A stretch of DNA of 64,000 bases, taken from Chrysomallon squamiferum. Lineage: Eukaryota; Animalia; Mollusca. Shown piece after piece: positions 1-13,024 of the stretch (within the stretch, counting starts at the first letter, position 1; each line of letters opens with the position of its first letter). The notes under the pieces were generated by a model that did no database searches, was not told where the DNA came from, and saw nothing but the letters and a program-made list of their open reading frames with translations. The stretch lies in the NCBI GenBank assembly GCA_012295275.1, contig CM022669.1, forward strand, positions 6,510,001 to 6,574,000, given 5' to 3'. The translations under genes and the position numbers were made by a program.

Positions 1-2368
1 TGATCCACTGAAAAAAAAAAAAAAAAAAAAAAAATAATAATAATAATAATAATAATACCAACAATATAAATAAATGAAGATTTTTCAGCTTAAATGCCAG
101 TTTAGTAATGCAGTTTCAGAGCAAAGTATTCTATGAATAGTTCATTTACCAAATATAATGAAAATGTGAAATAAGAACATTATAAACAATGCAGCATCTT
201 CAGAATAGCTGATTACTTCAATAGTTTACAAAAAATATAATGATTTATTTATTCTCAATGACTGAAATATAGCAAAGAGCAAATAAACATATTCCTTCTT
301 TTAATTTCAGTTACTTAAAAAGAAATTCTAAGTAATGAACAGTTTTATTTAAATAAAAAATTTTAAAATTTAAAATTATGAAAAAAAGAAAGAAAAAAGA
401 AGACAGTGAATGTTGTCTTACCTTGCATCTGAACCAGAAGCAGAGGAAGATTCATTTTTGTCTGTAGTTTTTTGTTTGTAGCAAACGTCAGCATCGTAAC
501 TGCCATCAGTTCGTGTGGTTGTACCATAGCAGTTGCTGTTGTTCTTGTTAGCACCCAGTGCCCCAAACAATGGGCTTTGTAATGCGCCAATATGTGAAAC
601 ACCAATCTGCAAAACAGTGATCAACAAATTATAAGTAAAAGAAAAACAAACCAACGAAACATTTTTTTTTATGCATTTAAAGATAAAAAAATGATCAGAA
701 AATTTTGTAAAACTATTAATAAAGCAAAAAGCCAGATTAAATACTCAGACACATTCAAAGGGTAAAAAAAAAATGCAGGACATTATTTACAACAGAACAG
801 CATCACTGAACAAAATCAGTATATCAACTCTTGAAAAGGCATCACTGAACAAAGTCAGTATATCAACTCTTGAAAAGAAACAAATCCATTCATCTGTAAA
901 CAATACTATATCAATTAGTTATTAAGTTATAAAAAAATAATAATAATAACAAAAATAAAATTAATAATTGTTATTCTTAAGACATTTTTTTAAATTAGGC
1001 CTAACCATTCCACATCTATTTTTTCATTTTCATTTTTATTTTATCCATTTTTTTTGTTTATGTTTGTTTGTGTTTTTTACTTTTCTTTAATTATTTCATT
1101 AAGACATTCTACACATTTTAATATACTATTCATGTTATACAAAATTTTAAAATAAACCAAAGAGCAATTAGTTATGTTCAAAATACTGAACAAATTAATT
1201 GGTGCATATATAAAAGCATAAAAATCTAATTGGCGTCCGACCAAAAAACCAAAAACTTTTTGCCAGTCATATTGAACTAATCATGGTGCATCCATTTTAA
1301 AAGAAAATTTTTTGGTCCATCATTAATTATTATTTATTACTGTTTATTGATTTGAATTTATTATATTTACATCATTCTCTCATTGTAAATAGTGCTAAAA
1401 ATCAAAATAAAAAATTATTTTATCTTTCTTCTTTTTTGTTTCTTATTGTGTAATTTTCTACTAAATTAGTGCATGAGACATTTTTAAATTAATGTCAATA
1501 ATTATTAATGAATAAAATGTAATTGGAAGTTATGTGATTGTGATTCAATGTACCACCATTGTTATTTTTCTATTATTTTTGAAAGTAAGAAAAGACAAAA
1601 TCATCTTTATAATATAGTGGTCACAGTGTATCAGATAAACTGCTTTCAAGTTTGGAAAATTATCAACTGATTTCTTTTTACTTCTGCTGCTGTTGTTTTC
1701 TTTCAGGAGGGAAGGTCCCAAATTAAATCTATCAAAGAAGTTGTACCTGAAATTTCAAACTTCTAACTTCCAATATTTCAAATGTTTTTGTTTTCTCATT
1801 TGTTTTATTATTAAAATCCATCATTTAGATATTCATTAATTTAATCACTACTGAAATCTCTGCTAAATCTTCTTAAACGTAAATTTAAAAAACAATATTA
1901 TTTTATTTTATTTTATTTTATTTATCTATTTTTAATAAAGTTATGAGATGTTTTAAAACTAATTTCTAAGGTTCAAATTTTTAATTTTAAATCCAAAATA
2001 TTTAGGAAATGAACCATAACATTGGAGCATCTATTAATTATCCTCTATAAATGAATACAAAAAAAAAAAAAAAAAAAAAAAAAAATTTAAAATAATGAAA
2101 AAAAGACAAAAATTTGACAGTGTATTTCAATATTGTTTTGTTTCTTTCAGAACACCAATTCATTTAAACAAACTAGAAAAACTATCTTAAGTAATTAAAA
2201 ACTAATTAACAATTCCTTTTTATGTAATTAAAATATAAAAAGAAACAATGTATTTATTCAAATATTTGCAGTTACCCAACTGAATAAACATTTTTTTTTT
2301 TTTAACAGTATCCAAAAAGTAGCTCCTTAAGTTACCTCCCTTGGATTGGATTTACGTCTCTGTAACAT
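1..2368 (-). CDS. 5' coding part of an unidentified multi-exon gene that runs off the left edge; N-terminus MLQRRKSNPREIGVSHIGALQSPLFGALGANKNNSNCYGTT...SSSASGSDASGS
   Basis: Coding exons are 2368-2336 (ATG lies inside exon 2446-2336; donor GAG|gtaact), 606-422 (ttttgcag acceptor, AG|gtaaga donor) and 7-<1 (poly-T cag acceptor). Phases 0 and 2 join in frame. No family recognised. A second reading frame is also open across these exons (see findings). Confidence 0.55.
800..877. repeat. 39-bp tandem duplication (2 copies, 1 mismatch)
   Basis: gcatcactgaacaaa(a/g)tcagtatatcaactcttgaaaag occurs at 800-838 and 839-877. Confidence 0.9.
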
Positions 2369-2642
2369 TGCACTATGTTTAAAATGAGAAGTACTCTACC
2401 AATGGGTTTAAAAGTATATTCCTTTATCACAGTGATGGGACAGAAGCTGTATAAATTTAAACAAAGATAATTTACACTGGACCCATTACATTCATATATA
2501 TAAATAACTTCATTAACAAAATTAAATGTGACACTTTTTTAAAAATATGCTTTGCTTACTACAAGGAATTTTTTTTTTTTTTTTCTTTAATTAAAAAAAT
2601 AAATAAATAAATAAATAAAAACATTCACAAATAATAAGAAAA

Positions 2643-2674
<32 letters not shown>

Positions 2675-2837
2675 AATGTTAATATATTAGCATCTAATGC
2701 AAATATTCTTGTATAGAAAACAGTTATTTAATATTATATAAATTTGCAGGAGCAGAAATGATTAAAAAAAAAAAAAAACCATCAGAGTTTACATCTTTGT
2801 CAAAGATGTAACTGTATACATTTATTTAATAAAACAA

Positions 2838-3130
2838 CCTTTGACCTCGACATGACCTTAAAGTTAAACATTTAAATATAATTAGTATTTGTAACTTGAA
2901 GATCCCAACTACCACCTACTACAACATCAAAATAAAAAGATAAATGATCAACGTATTTGCCATTATGGTTTTCTTTTCTCAATGACCTTGACCATGTGAC
3001 CACATAAGCAAACAAATCTTCATGCATTAAAATTACACTGACATCTTCTCAACCAAGAACAAAATTGTGAAAAAGTATTCAAATATATTCTATGGTCACA
3101 GTAACCTTGAATTCTGACCTACTGACCTAC
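2838..3130. repeat. Degenerate TGACC(T)TGACC-motif interspersed repeat remnant
   Basis: Recurrent ctttgacctcgacatgacctt, tgaccttgaccatgtgacc and accttgaattctgacctactgacct. This motif style resembles common molluscan non-autonomous elements (from recall; family not assigned). Confidence 0.35.
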
Positions 3131-5791
3131 ATTTTGTATGACTCTGAAAAGACTTGTCATTATTGACAAAATATTGCAATTTCACTAACAGAATTGAAAT
3201 TCATTTAAGAGCAAAATTAAAATTAGAACATCAACTTATTAAACAAGACAAACACAAGTATTTGTGATAAAGTTTAATCACTGATTCAGTGATTCTTAAT
3301 AAAATTTAAGGGCAAGTTTCTTTTTTGTTCTGCACAAAGTAATCTGTCTTTGTCAAATGAACATGACAAGAGACAAAAACAAATGGTTTAATGAATTCCT
3401 GCAGTCCACTCTACTACATTAAAGCCAGCTTAAATATTAAAATACAAATAACAATTCTTAAATATTTAAACATGCTTCAGCCATTAAGATACATCAAATG
3501 AATGTAAATTATTGTAGAAGATGGTGCAATGTAATTATTATAACCATACTACACACTAACGCACAATGTATATTAAAGGTTTATTTTATGTTTTAACTTT
3601 ATTGCAGTGTTTTAAACACATCAACTTAAAATATATTCCAATTCTTTGATGCAAGAATGGTCAATTTCGCCCAAGAAAATTATAATTTCATGAGAAAACG
3701 TTATCCTGCTATTTGAAATAGTAATAATCATAAAATTTTAAAAGCTCATTGTTGCACATTAATTTGTCAGTTGTAACTGGTAAAAGAAATTGTCTGATAT
3801 CAGATTTATAGTAAAACCAGATTACTTAACTTTATATATAGTATTAAAGTTGTAATGAATGCCTACTTATAATTTTATATAAATAATGCTAGTTTTAAAC
3901 TGTTACATAATTAAATGTAATACAGTTCATTATTATGCTAAGCAGGTAATGTGCAGCTATTACTTTTTTTCTTGAAAGAAATTATTAAATTATTAAACAT
4001 AATATTAATAACATCACAGAAATGTTCCCAAAATTTAACATGTTAAAGGTAACTTAATCACTGTATCATTAGCTATACACTATGTATTTAAACACTTATT
4101 AACAAGTTTTTATTGTTTCTGATATATAAGAATTTATAAGAAATTGAATTTATAAGAGATATTAATGATATTTATAAATATACAAATACGTCATTCATAA
4201 CTTATTTGTTACCACTGCTCAAGTTATTCAACATTGTTGCTTATTATAGCATAACAAAACATTCATATGCTGCCAGCAGACAATTACCAGTTACAATTAA
4301 TTCTGAAAAGATAATATATAACTATATAACTATAGTATTAGTAATTGTATGTTTGCTATGATTAACATAATAACTACTGTCCCCAATTATACTGTGTATT
4401 TTTAATTTTTAATGCAATATTTTTTAAAGACATTTTCATCTTTATAATAAATATATTTCAATAAACAACAAACTTCTTTTCAGGCTGAAGGCACATGTTT
4501 ATATATTATAAAAAGCTGAAGATTTTGTTATTTGTTTATATTTTAATTGTAAAGTACTGCTATTAATAATCATTAAATCAAAAGCAAGCTTGTTTTAGTT
4601 TTATATATACATTATATCATTGTGAAATAAAGTAAGCAGCTTTTATATTAGCTGTGCTGAGGTAAACATTGTTATATAATAATATACATGTACAAAATGA
4701 CAAAGTCCATTTCTTTTTTACTATATTTTTATCCCCAAATACCAAGTAATAATTTTTGGTTAATTTGTAATAGATATCTAAACAAAAAATTATAGCAAGT
4801 AATATTTGTTAACAGCTCCTTCAGCAAGCTGATCAACAAAAGCTACGTAACCAAGAATATATTATCAAAAGACATTAAGTGAAAAAGTATAAACAAACAC
4901 ATCTTAATGCCTAGAAAAGTAAAACAACTGCAGAATGCATATTTAAAGAAGAAGTAGTGCATGGTAGATATACATATATATTACAAAAAGGTTTACACAG
5001 ATACTGCAAGTGTTCACTGTGTTAAGCTTTATATATTCACAAAGTTATGAAGAAAAAATGAAGTATAAAATTTGTTTTAAAGCCAATTTTAAATATAAAT
5101 ATCAATTTTAAAGCATACAATACCATGCAGTATTCTCCACTTTTGATATTACATTAGTAACCAAGTGGATGGCTAAATGCATGAACTGATTATATGTTTA
5201 ACACTATGCAGCAATTCTGCACTTTCAGAGAGAACTTTCTTGTTATAAATCATATAATTTCAAAGAAAAATTGCAAAAAGGGGTCCATCTTAAACAAAAA
5301 AATGACCAAGGTCATTTGAAAGACAAATGAATGGAGAGTAATTTACAACAAAAATAATCGTGGTACACGTTCAATTATTATGAGATTTTGGCAATTTAAT
5401 AATGTAAACAATACACAAATCTGAAATTTGATGCAGAAACTTTGATCAAGTAAGCCAAAGTAAAACATAAAATACTGCTTCCAAGATCAAGAAATCGCTG
5501 CCAAAATAACGTAAACACGTAGAACACAAATCCTAGAACCTGAAAAAAATGTTCTGAAACTAAAATAAAGCTTAAATTCTTTGAAATCTCTGATTTAGTA
5601 AAGATGTTCTCGAAAATCAGAAATTTTCAATATGGCGGACCAAGGCCACACAAACAAGTCGCATTTAGCTGAAAATATACCAGACTGATGCGCATCAAAA
5701 TTAAACTTGATAAAGAATACGAATCCAGAAATTCCAAAATATGTCAATCAATTAAAATTATCAGGATCAAAGTCAGGTGTGAAGCACGCAC

Positions 5792-5835
5792 CTTGCCCGA
5801 GTGGCTCATCTTGGCTGGCACTGGCAGTCCATCAT
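5792..5835 (-). other. Probable first (5' leader) exon of the left-edge gene, carrying uORF starts
   Basis: Lies in a CpG-enriched island (~5490-6300). It has gacgccATG at 5835, a donor AAG|gtgcgt at 5792/5791, and a YY1-like AATATGGCGG at ~5629. Linkage to exon 2446-2336 is inferred. Confidence 0.5.
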
Positions 5836-7988
5836 GGCGTCTTCAGCAGAATGAACAATGAGGTATATGCATAGAAATTCCTTTCAAATCACGTGTTACA
5901 TCTGTCCCAATCCGCGCTCGAGTTTGGCCTAAAGGAGAAATGGAATATCCTGGATTAATTTGCCGCAAAAATAGTCAAAATCGGTTCTAGATTGACTGAA
6001 AAAAGCCGTTTTTAGTGTGTTATTGTTAGCTAAACATGGTTGAACAGGTCTATAAAGACAAATTTTATTCAGAAGCACAAATAGGTGAAATCATGCAAGA
6101 TACAAAGCCAGCCAAAAAATTTATAAGTGTAAAAGCAACACTTACATCAAATAATTACGTAATAATCACTTATACGCCATGCTGAGCAATTAAATATCAA
6201 GGAATTAATTCTCCAGTGTATATGAAACATGGAAACATGGCCGCCATTGTCCATTTTCCCCGTAAAGTAGTTGCAATGCATTTCGGGATCGACAAAAAAG
6301 AAAAAAAAAAAGAAAGAGAATATTTTAGCCTGGCTGTAATAAACATAGAACAAGCGTTATAAAAATCACCACATTTTTCCCTTTTTAAATTTTTTAATTA
6401 TTTACTTTTTTTTTTCTCTCTCTCTCTTTTTTTTTTCGGATGATGCTATTATTTTAATTATAACTGAATATATGAGCAAAGGAAACAGATTATTCAGTAC
6501 GCCTACATAATATTATAATTCAAAACAGACAAAGTATAGAAATATGAAAATAGTTGGTTGTATGTGTTACTTTTTCTTCTTTTTCTTTTCTTTTTTGATT
6601 ATTATTTATTATTTTATTTTATTTTATTTTATTTTTTGTGGAAATTTCTTATAATAACTCCTGCTCCATAATAGCTCGATATTTTAACTATGAATGTGTA
6701 AAATAATGTTTATTTTACAAGCTGTTTTATCTCAAAATCCATCGACTGGCTAAACTGCCAAATAAATCGTCAAAAGATCAGTGTGAACGGAGAAAGTGAT
6801 ATTGTACTCCTCCTCAGATAGTTCTGGGTAAAACCTCGGCATATGACTCGGATCATACTATCTTTCAAATTAAATGTTCATACCTTACTCGTGGCATCTT
6901 TCGAGTTAAGTTCATTATTTCGTATTAATGTAAAAATACACGATTAATATGAAAAATGGTTTATTTCTAAAACGTTTTATTACGGCAGTTGCTTAAGCAT
7001 GCCTATAATGGACACTGTCACAGTCTTATTGTGTCCAATTCTGGAATTTTCAGTTCACGAAATCAGAGTTGGTCTGAAACATGACTAGTCTTTTGTCAGA
7101 CTATCGTCAGACACTGCCGGTGAACTGCTTGCGTGTTAGGCGGCTTCTTTTATCCTGATAATTTATTCACGGGTCAAATGAGTATGCGTCCGCTAACGCT
7201 GATGAAACAGTACGAAACTAAACTAGTGATACTAACAACGTCTGAGGTCAGGATATTTGTCAAAAACTGACCTTATGCAAAATTACTAATTAATAATTTA
7301 ACACAAGTCGTTTATTTTAGGTATAAGAAAATATACATTATCTGTAAACCTCATTCGTAATGTTACCTCATTTTCTATTTTTGTGCAGATTGTAATAACA
7401 TGAAACTAAAATTCGTTTTTGAAAATCTGTCCATGAAAGTGAAGAAAGATATTTATAAATAATAATTTTAATGCACTCAGAACCAATCCTTAAACGAATA
7501 AATAATAGTTAGATGGTCATTAAAGAATGTGAAAGTAATTATCTCTACAAATCGTCCTTTGCGGATTAACCGATTATTCCTGGATTAAGCCATGTCAACT
7601 GTGGACACAGACGTAATTAACTCTCGTTAGATTCAAAGCTTGTTAGCTTATTTTATTTCGATGGCTTGTGACTTGGCATGAATATTCTGTTTTAGTGTAT
7701 CTGAAACCAAGATGTTGTTGTTGTTGTTGTTAAACATAAATAGCGTTTTTGTTGTTCAGAGTTGTGTTTTTTTTTTTTTTTTTTTTTTGTTGTTGTTGTT
7801 TTTTCATTACCTTGACAGTGGACTGAATATGCATTTGATACTCGCAATAAACATTATTTTACCGATTAAAGTTTTTTAATAATATAATTATATTAGGATA
7901 ATAGAAAAATAAGACAGATATCCTATTTATTGATTTATTATCATCAGCATCATTATCAGTATTATTATTATTATTATTATCATCATCA

Positions 7989-8029
<41 letters not shown>

Positions 8030-8034
8030 TTATT

Positions 8035-8086
<52 letters not shown>

Positions 8087-8285
8087 CGATGACGTTTTTA
8101 CGATAGACTTAATTAAACAGTTCTTCAGCATTACCCACCTATATTTCATTGTTGAAAATCTCTATGTCCTGAAATACAGACCCGTTCGTTTGATGTGTAA
8201 GTGAAGTGTTTACGTAACAGATATATATTACACGTTTCAAGTATTACTTTGATGTTGTCGCTTTGTTGATTCTTTATGAGTAAAT

Positions 8286-9470
8286 GAAGGAATGAATGAA
8301 TGAATGTTTAAAAAACATCGGCTCTTGGATTTCAAACAAATTTAAATATACCAAACTGGTGAATATTTTCTATATAAAAATTCAAAATTAAAAAATTAGT
8401 CAAAACATAGTGTAAAGAGCTGTGCAAAAAGTATCACACTATGTTTAAATTATAATTTATGTTAAAATTCTGTAACTCTCAGAAATTTCAAAACAAGTTC
8501 AGGATGGAATTGAAATGTTTCCATCACACCTGTCTGACCTATTATATCCTTCTCTGTCTGCCTAAGATGACCGCACTCCATCAAAATGCGTCGCACTTGT
8601 CAGCGTACACTGACAGTTCACAATCAGTTGGGCGATCCTTCTTCAGGACAAATGAATGGGTCAAACAAGTATGTCCGATGCGAGCACAACACAAAGACTA
8701 TCTCGTCCTTCCTGCTCTACCTTTAGGAAGACACCCCGAACTTGGCAGCTAAGTCTGATTTTCATTACCAGCGATGCCAACATGGCTAGGTACCCAACAA
8801 AAAACAATATATGTATTGGCATTAGATAACAAGATACATTTTCGTGTAACCATCACAATCAAGCGATGCTCCAAATTAATTTTTAGGCTCACCGGCCAAG
8901 CCTTGGAGACCCTTCTGTATCGCAAAAGGCAATATTTTTTTCACGTTTTTTTTCATCGGGAGTTCAGTTTAAGTTATTTTTAGATTCAGTCATAAAAGTT
9001 AATCAACCATGCCCCCACCCGCCACCAGACAGTCATGCCAGGGATTCATGGTTGATATACTCAGCTAATAAAAGTACAAACCTCCTGACTGACCCTAGCC
9101 ACCGCCCCAAGAGCATCAGATAAAGACTACAAGTTACCATCTTTGTTCCTGATAAAATTAAACAAAACAAATGGTTGTTAGATCGTGAGCTTGGCGGGAC
9201 TAGCCGATTTGATCAGGTCGGGTCGAACCTGACTCCCCGCCTACGTGAATTCCGGGTCAAAGTGATGGGTGGGTTGTCAGTGGCAGTGTGCTCGGTTGCA
9301 GGCATTAACCATGACTCAACAACCAGGATCCCATCGTCCACATCGCATGTCGTACTCAAGGCAAACAAGGCGCCTCATATAAGGAGTTGTGCAGTTGTTG
9401 GCCAATCTAAAAACGTTCACCCCTGAACCACGGTGACGTTACTGCTCATGCAGGGGCTTTACGAGTAAGC
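8286..9470 (-). mobile_element. Decayed, internally deleted I/Nimb-clade LINE (RNase H remnant, C-terminal zinc-knuckle remnant, 3' UTR with (ATTC)n tail)
   Basis: Minus-strand translation gives IVFCWVPSHVGIAGNE (WVPSHVGIAGNE at 8796-8761), then DLAAK after a frameshift, which is the RNase H motif of I-group LINEs. RIGHTCLTHSFVLKK (~8682-8640) and RRILMEC follow as a degraded CCHC region, and an (ATTC)n tail lies at ~8286-8306. The GC-richer 9000-9470 segment is tentatively the 5' part. Confidence 0.8.
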
Positions 9471-10019
9471 GATAAAAGTAATTGTGTTTGGTTCTTTGTA
9501 AGGCTAAAACGGGTACAGCTGCAAGTGTGTGTGTGTGTGTTTGTGTATGAATACAATGACGTGCAGAGGAGGGGCAAAGGGGCAAAAAGAATCAGAAGAA
9601 GAAAAATGTGATCAACAGTAACGACTACTACTGCCACTATTCCAACAACAACAATAACAACAGCAACATCAATAAGCAACAAAACAGCAACAAAACAAAT
9701 AAGTTAAATAGCAGTAAAAAGTATCAAGAAAAATAGCAATAAACGGAAGTATAAATTAACGAAGACAACAATATATACACTAAATTATTCCAAAAACGAA
9801 ATCTAAAGTCAAGTACATCCATTGTCTGTCACCTACTTAATACTCGATTAGTCATTAAATTTTTCGTGCATAATATGTGCGATATTGTGACGTAATTCTC
9901 ATAGCTAATGCACCAAAGGGGCACTGCTGGGGAGGGAATTTTTTTCCTAATGATTGTTTTACAAACGTAGTTTTTTCCAAACACACATTTTTATTAGGGC
10001 TATTTATTATTTATTTATT

Positions 10020-10082
<63 letters not shown>

Positions 10083-10297
10083 TTTAATTTGTATTTATTT
10101 ATAATTATTTATTTATTTATTGTTGTTTTGTTTCAATTTTAATCGACATTACAGTAGTTTGGGTATTATATAACAATACTATCATTATTAAATATTACAA
10201 CTATGCCTGCAATCACCCTAATAACAACAGTGTCCAGAAATGTTTATATTATCAATTTCGGCCATTTTGTATGCAGGTGCCGGCCGGAGAGGATAGA

Positions 10298-10311
10298 GTT
10301 TCCTTAGTAAC
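10298..10311. promoter_or_regulatory. RFX X-box-like element (GTTTCCTTAGTAAC) next to a YY1-like CGGCCATTTTG in a small CpG-rich patch
   Basis: 14-bp near-palindrome matching the GTTNCCATGGNAAC family. The YY1-like motif is at ~10258-10269. Confidence 0.35.
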
Positions 10312-10446
10312 GAACGTGTTTGTGCATTCAGTAAGACTGATAATACCTACCCCGATTATCTGGAATAGCCTTCATAAAGAAGAAACGTGCGCACAGACCA
10401 GGTTGAAATATAATTATCTTGTGTCAAGCTAAAAAAAAAAAAAAAA

Positions 10447-10480
<34 letters not shown>

Positions 10481-10951
10481 CCGGTGACCCGTTTCATTTT
10501 CAACGAATAAATTATGGCTTTTCAAAACAGAATGTTATTCTTGTACTTCTCATTGTTCTGTATGTTTGATTTTATAAATCAAAATATTTGTTTTTGCAAA
10601 TATTATTTGCAGTGATTTTCATTCCCGTTTCTGTTACTGTTGCTGATTAGATTACTTCGGATAACTATTTTATTATTTGTCTAATTGATTAGTCAAAACG
10701 AGGTCGTGTACGCCTTTCCTCATCACTGGTTGCGACAGTGTTGGTTACAGTCATTTCGCCATTCCGGTCTTTGTTTCTCCGTTACCAACAGATGTTACCA
10801 CGGCCCTTCTTGCCTTTAACGTTCTATTTTTAAATCAGGAACTCGATGAACTCATTTTAGCATAATAGCATTTGGCGCCAAATTCTGCAATCTGTACAGT
10901 TAGCCATCTTCCACATTTGATATTATATTTTCATTTTCATCTGTTTAAATA

Positions 10952-11001
<50 letters not shown>

Positions 11002-11122
11002 TCAAGTATAAATCTATTTTATATAAAAAGTTCTTTTATCGTGAAAATGTAATTAAAGAACACAAACTATCTGATGATTTTATTTTTAAATTTTTTTATT
11101 TTAATTATTATGATTGTTGTTG

Positions 11123-11180
<58 letters not shown>

Positions 11181-11344
11181 GCATTAACGTCCCACTCAAA
11201 TCCATACCGAAACAGTTCGGTTTTAAGTAAATAAGTAAATAAATAAATAATACAAATGGAAAGACGTGACTAATCATCCTAAAATCCTAAACTATCTCTG
11301 TCAGTTATGTATATCTAATTAGCATATGTGCTTGATATATGGGC

Positions 11345-11488
11345 TTTGGCTGATTGGACAAAACGTAAAATGCCCCTCAATTTTTTATTTTTTTTTTTTT
11401 TTTTTTTGGTTTAAAAAAAAATAATAATAATAACAAAAAAATCATATTGCAATACTAACAAGAAGGGAAATAGGTTATTATTATCATT

Positions 11489-11519
<31 letters not shown>

Positions 11520-11957
11520 CCGTCATCACTATCGTTCTAGTTGTGTATAAATTAAATATGTTTCAGCATTTTATATACCAAAACACTTTGGAAATGTTTT
11601 ACTGAAAAGAATTGTTGTAAACCTATTAATACACTATATCGAAATATATTTTGAAAATACATCACACTTATTCTTATGTCAATATATATATATATTTATA
11701 TATATATATATATATATTGAATAGATGATTAAAAGAAAATTATCTTGTCACGTTTCGGTTAATAAGAAAATGTATGATGTGGGACGCTTTGTTTGACCTA
11801 GAAAGCAACCGATGCGGAAGCGTGGGCAGAATATACTGCAATATGCTATACCACGTGACTAACACAAAACGCGGGACCGGCGTAGTCTGTTGCCGGCCAT
11901 TTTAACACGAGGTTTGTGTTGCTTTGCTTTGCATTATTTACTCAAAAGGTTTAAAAT
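11345..11957 (+). promoter_or_regulatory. Lamin proximal promoter / 5' UTR
   Basis: Inverted CCAAT (GATTGG, ~11352), ETS-like GCGGAAG (~11814), E-box CCACGTGAC (11851-11859) and YY1-like GGCCATTTT (~11895). CpG is enriched just upstream of the ATG at 11958. Confidence 0.5.
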
Positions 11958-12980
11958 ATGGCCTCAAAAACAAAGAAAACGACGTGGAGTTCCCAAACGT
12001 TATCCGAGTCTGGTTTCGAATCGCCTGGAAGTAGTAAATATGCGTCACCCCGACGATCTCGACCCCCGTCTCCCGCTCGACTATCTCGTATGCAAGAAAA
12101 AGAAGATCTAGTAAATCTGAACGATCGCCTTGCTGCATATATAGACCGCGTTCGATTTTTGGAGGCGGAAAATAGTCGTCTTAGTGTTCAGGTACGATCA
12201 ACGGAAGAAGTTGTGAAACGCGAAGTGACAAATGTCAAGTCTTTATACGAAAATGAGTTGTCTGACGCCCGCAAATTGTTGGATGAAATGGCAAAAGAGA
12301 AAGCAAAACTTCAGGTGGAATTATCAAAATACAAAGCTGAATATGAAGAAGCGCAAACAAAGTAAGTACTTCATTGACATGTTATTGTACTAATTACAAA
12401 TTAAAGCGAATAGAAAACATGAACTTACTGAACGACATATTATAATTAATAAATTTAATGACGAAATAAATACAAACATTTAATGATTAACGAGGTTTGT
12501 TAGTAAAACCAAATGTCGGCTAGTCGAAGATAGCTGATTAGTGATTTTGTCAGAAAAACTCATTTCTGTTTTATAAGTAATAACTTTGATCTTAATGTTT
12601 TTAACAGTAACAACCTGTCATGCACCAGTATTAGATAATTGCTTCATAACAATTATCTGTAATCGAAGTCAACACTGATTGAAAACAATTGTAAATAATA
12701 TTATTCATTTTTCGAATGCATAGTTACGATAGTAGAAAACTTAATCATGAATGCAATGTGTCATATTTTATAACAGTAACTGCTTATTCTTTCTACATTT
12801 GTTTACATCCTAAATCACTACATCATAACTAAATGTCATCATATGATCATAACTGTGAATACATAAAAGTTTTATTAAAACGTTTATTTCAGAAGTCTTT
12901 GTATACTAGATTCAACTTGACAAAGTTATTTGCATTTTACATACAGTGAAAATAACTTTATAATTTTGTTTAAATAAATA

Positions 12981-13024
<44 letters not shown>

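Noticed and set aside
1682-1747. Possible extra minus-strand exon (tttcag...gtaaaa) in the left-edge gene
   Set aside because: The donor is weak, it introduces a stop in the presumed main frame, and the flanking exons already join in phase without it.
7199-7230. CTGATGA...GAAAC resembling a hammerhead ribozyme core
   Set aside because: Stem II does not pair (A...C), the cleavage triplet would be GUG, and no stem I complement is present.
8459-9426. Plus-strand ORFs 8459-8752, 8774-8983 and 9175-9426
   Set aside because: They are antisense shadows of the decayed LINE; the recognisable motifs are on the minus strand.
9877-11234. ORFs with poly-L/I/Y and CV repeats (also 40564-40878, 44432-44881, 45193-45411)
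   Set aside because: They are translations of (TAT)n and (TG)n microsatellites.
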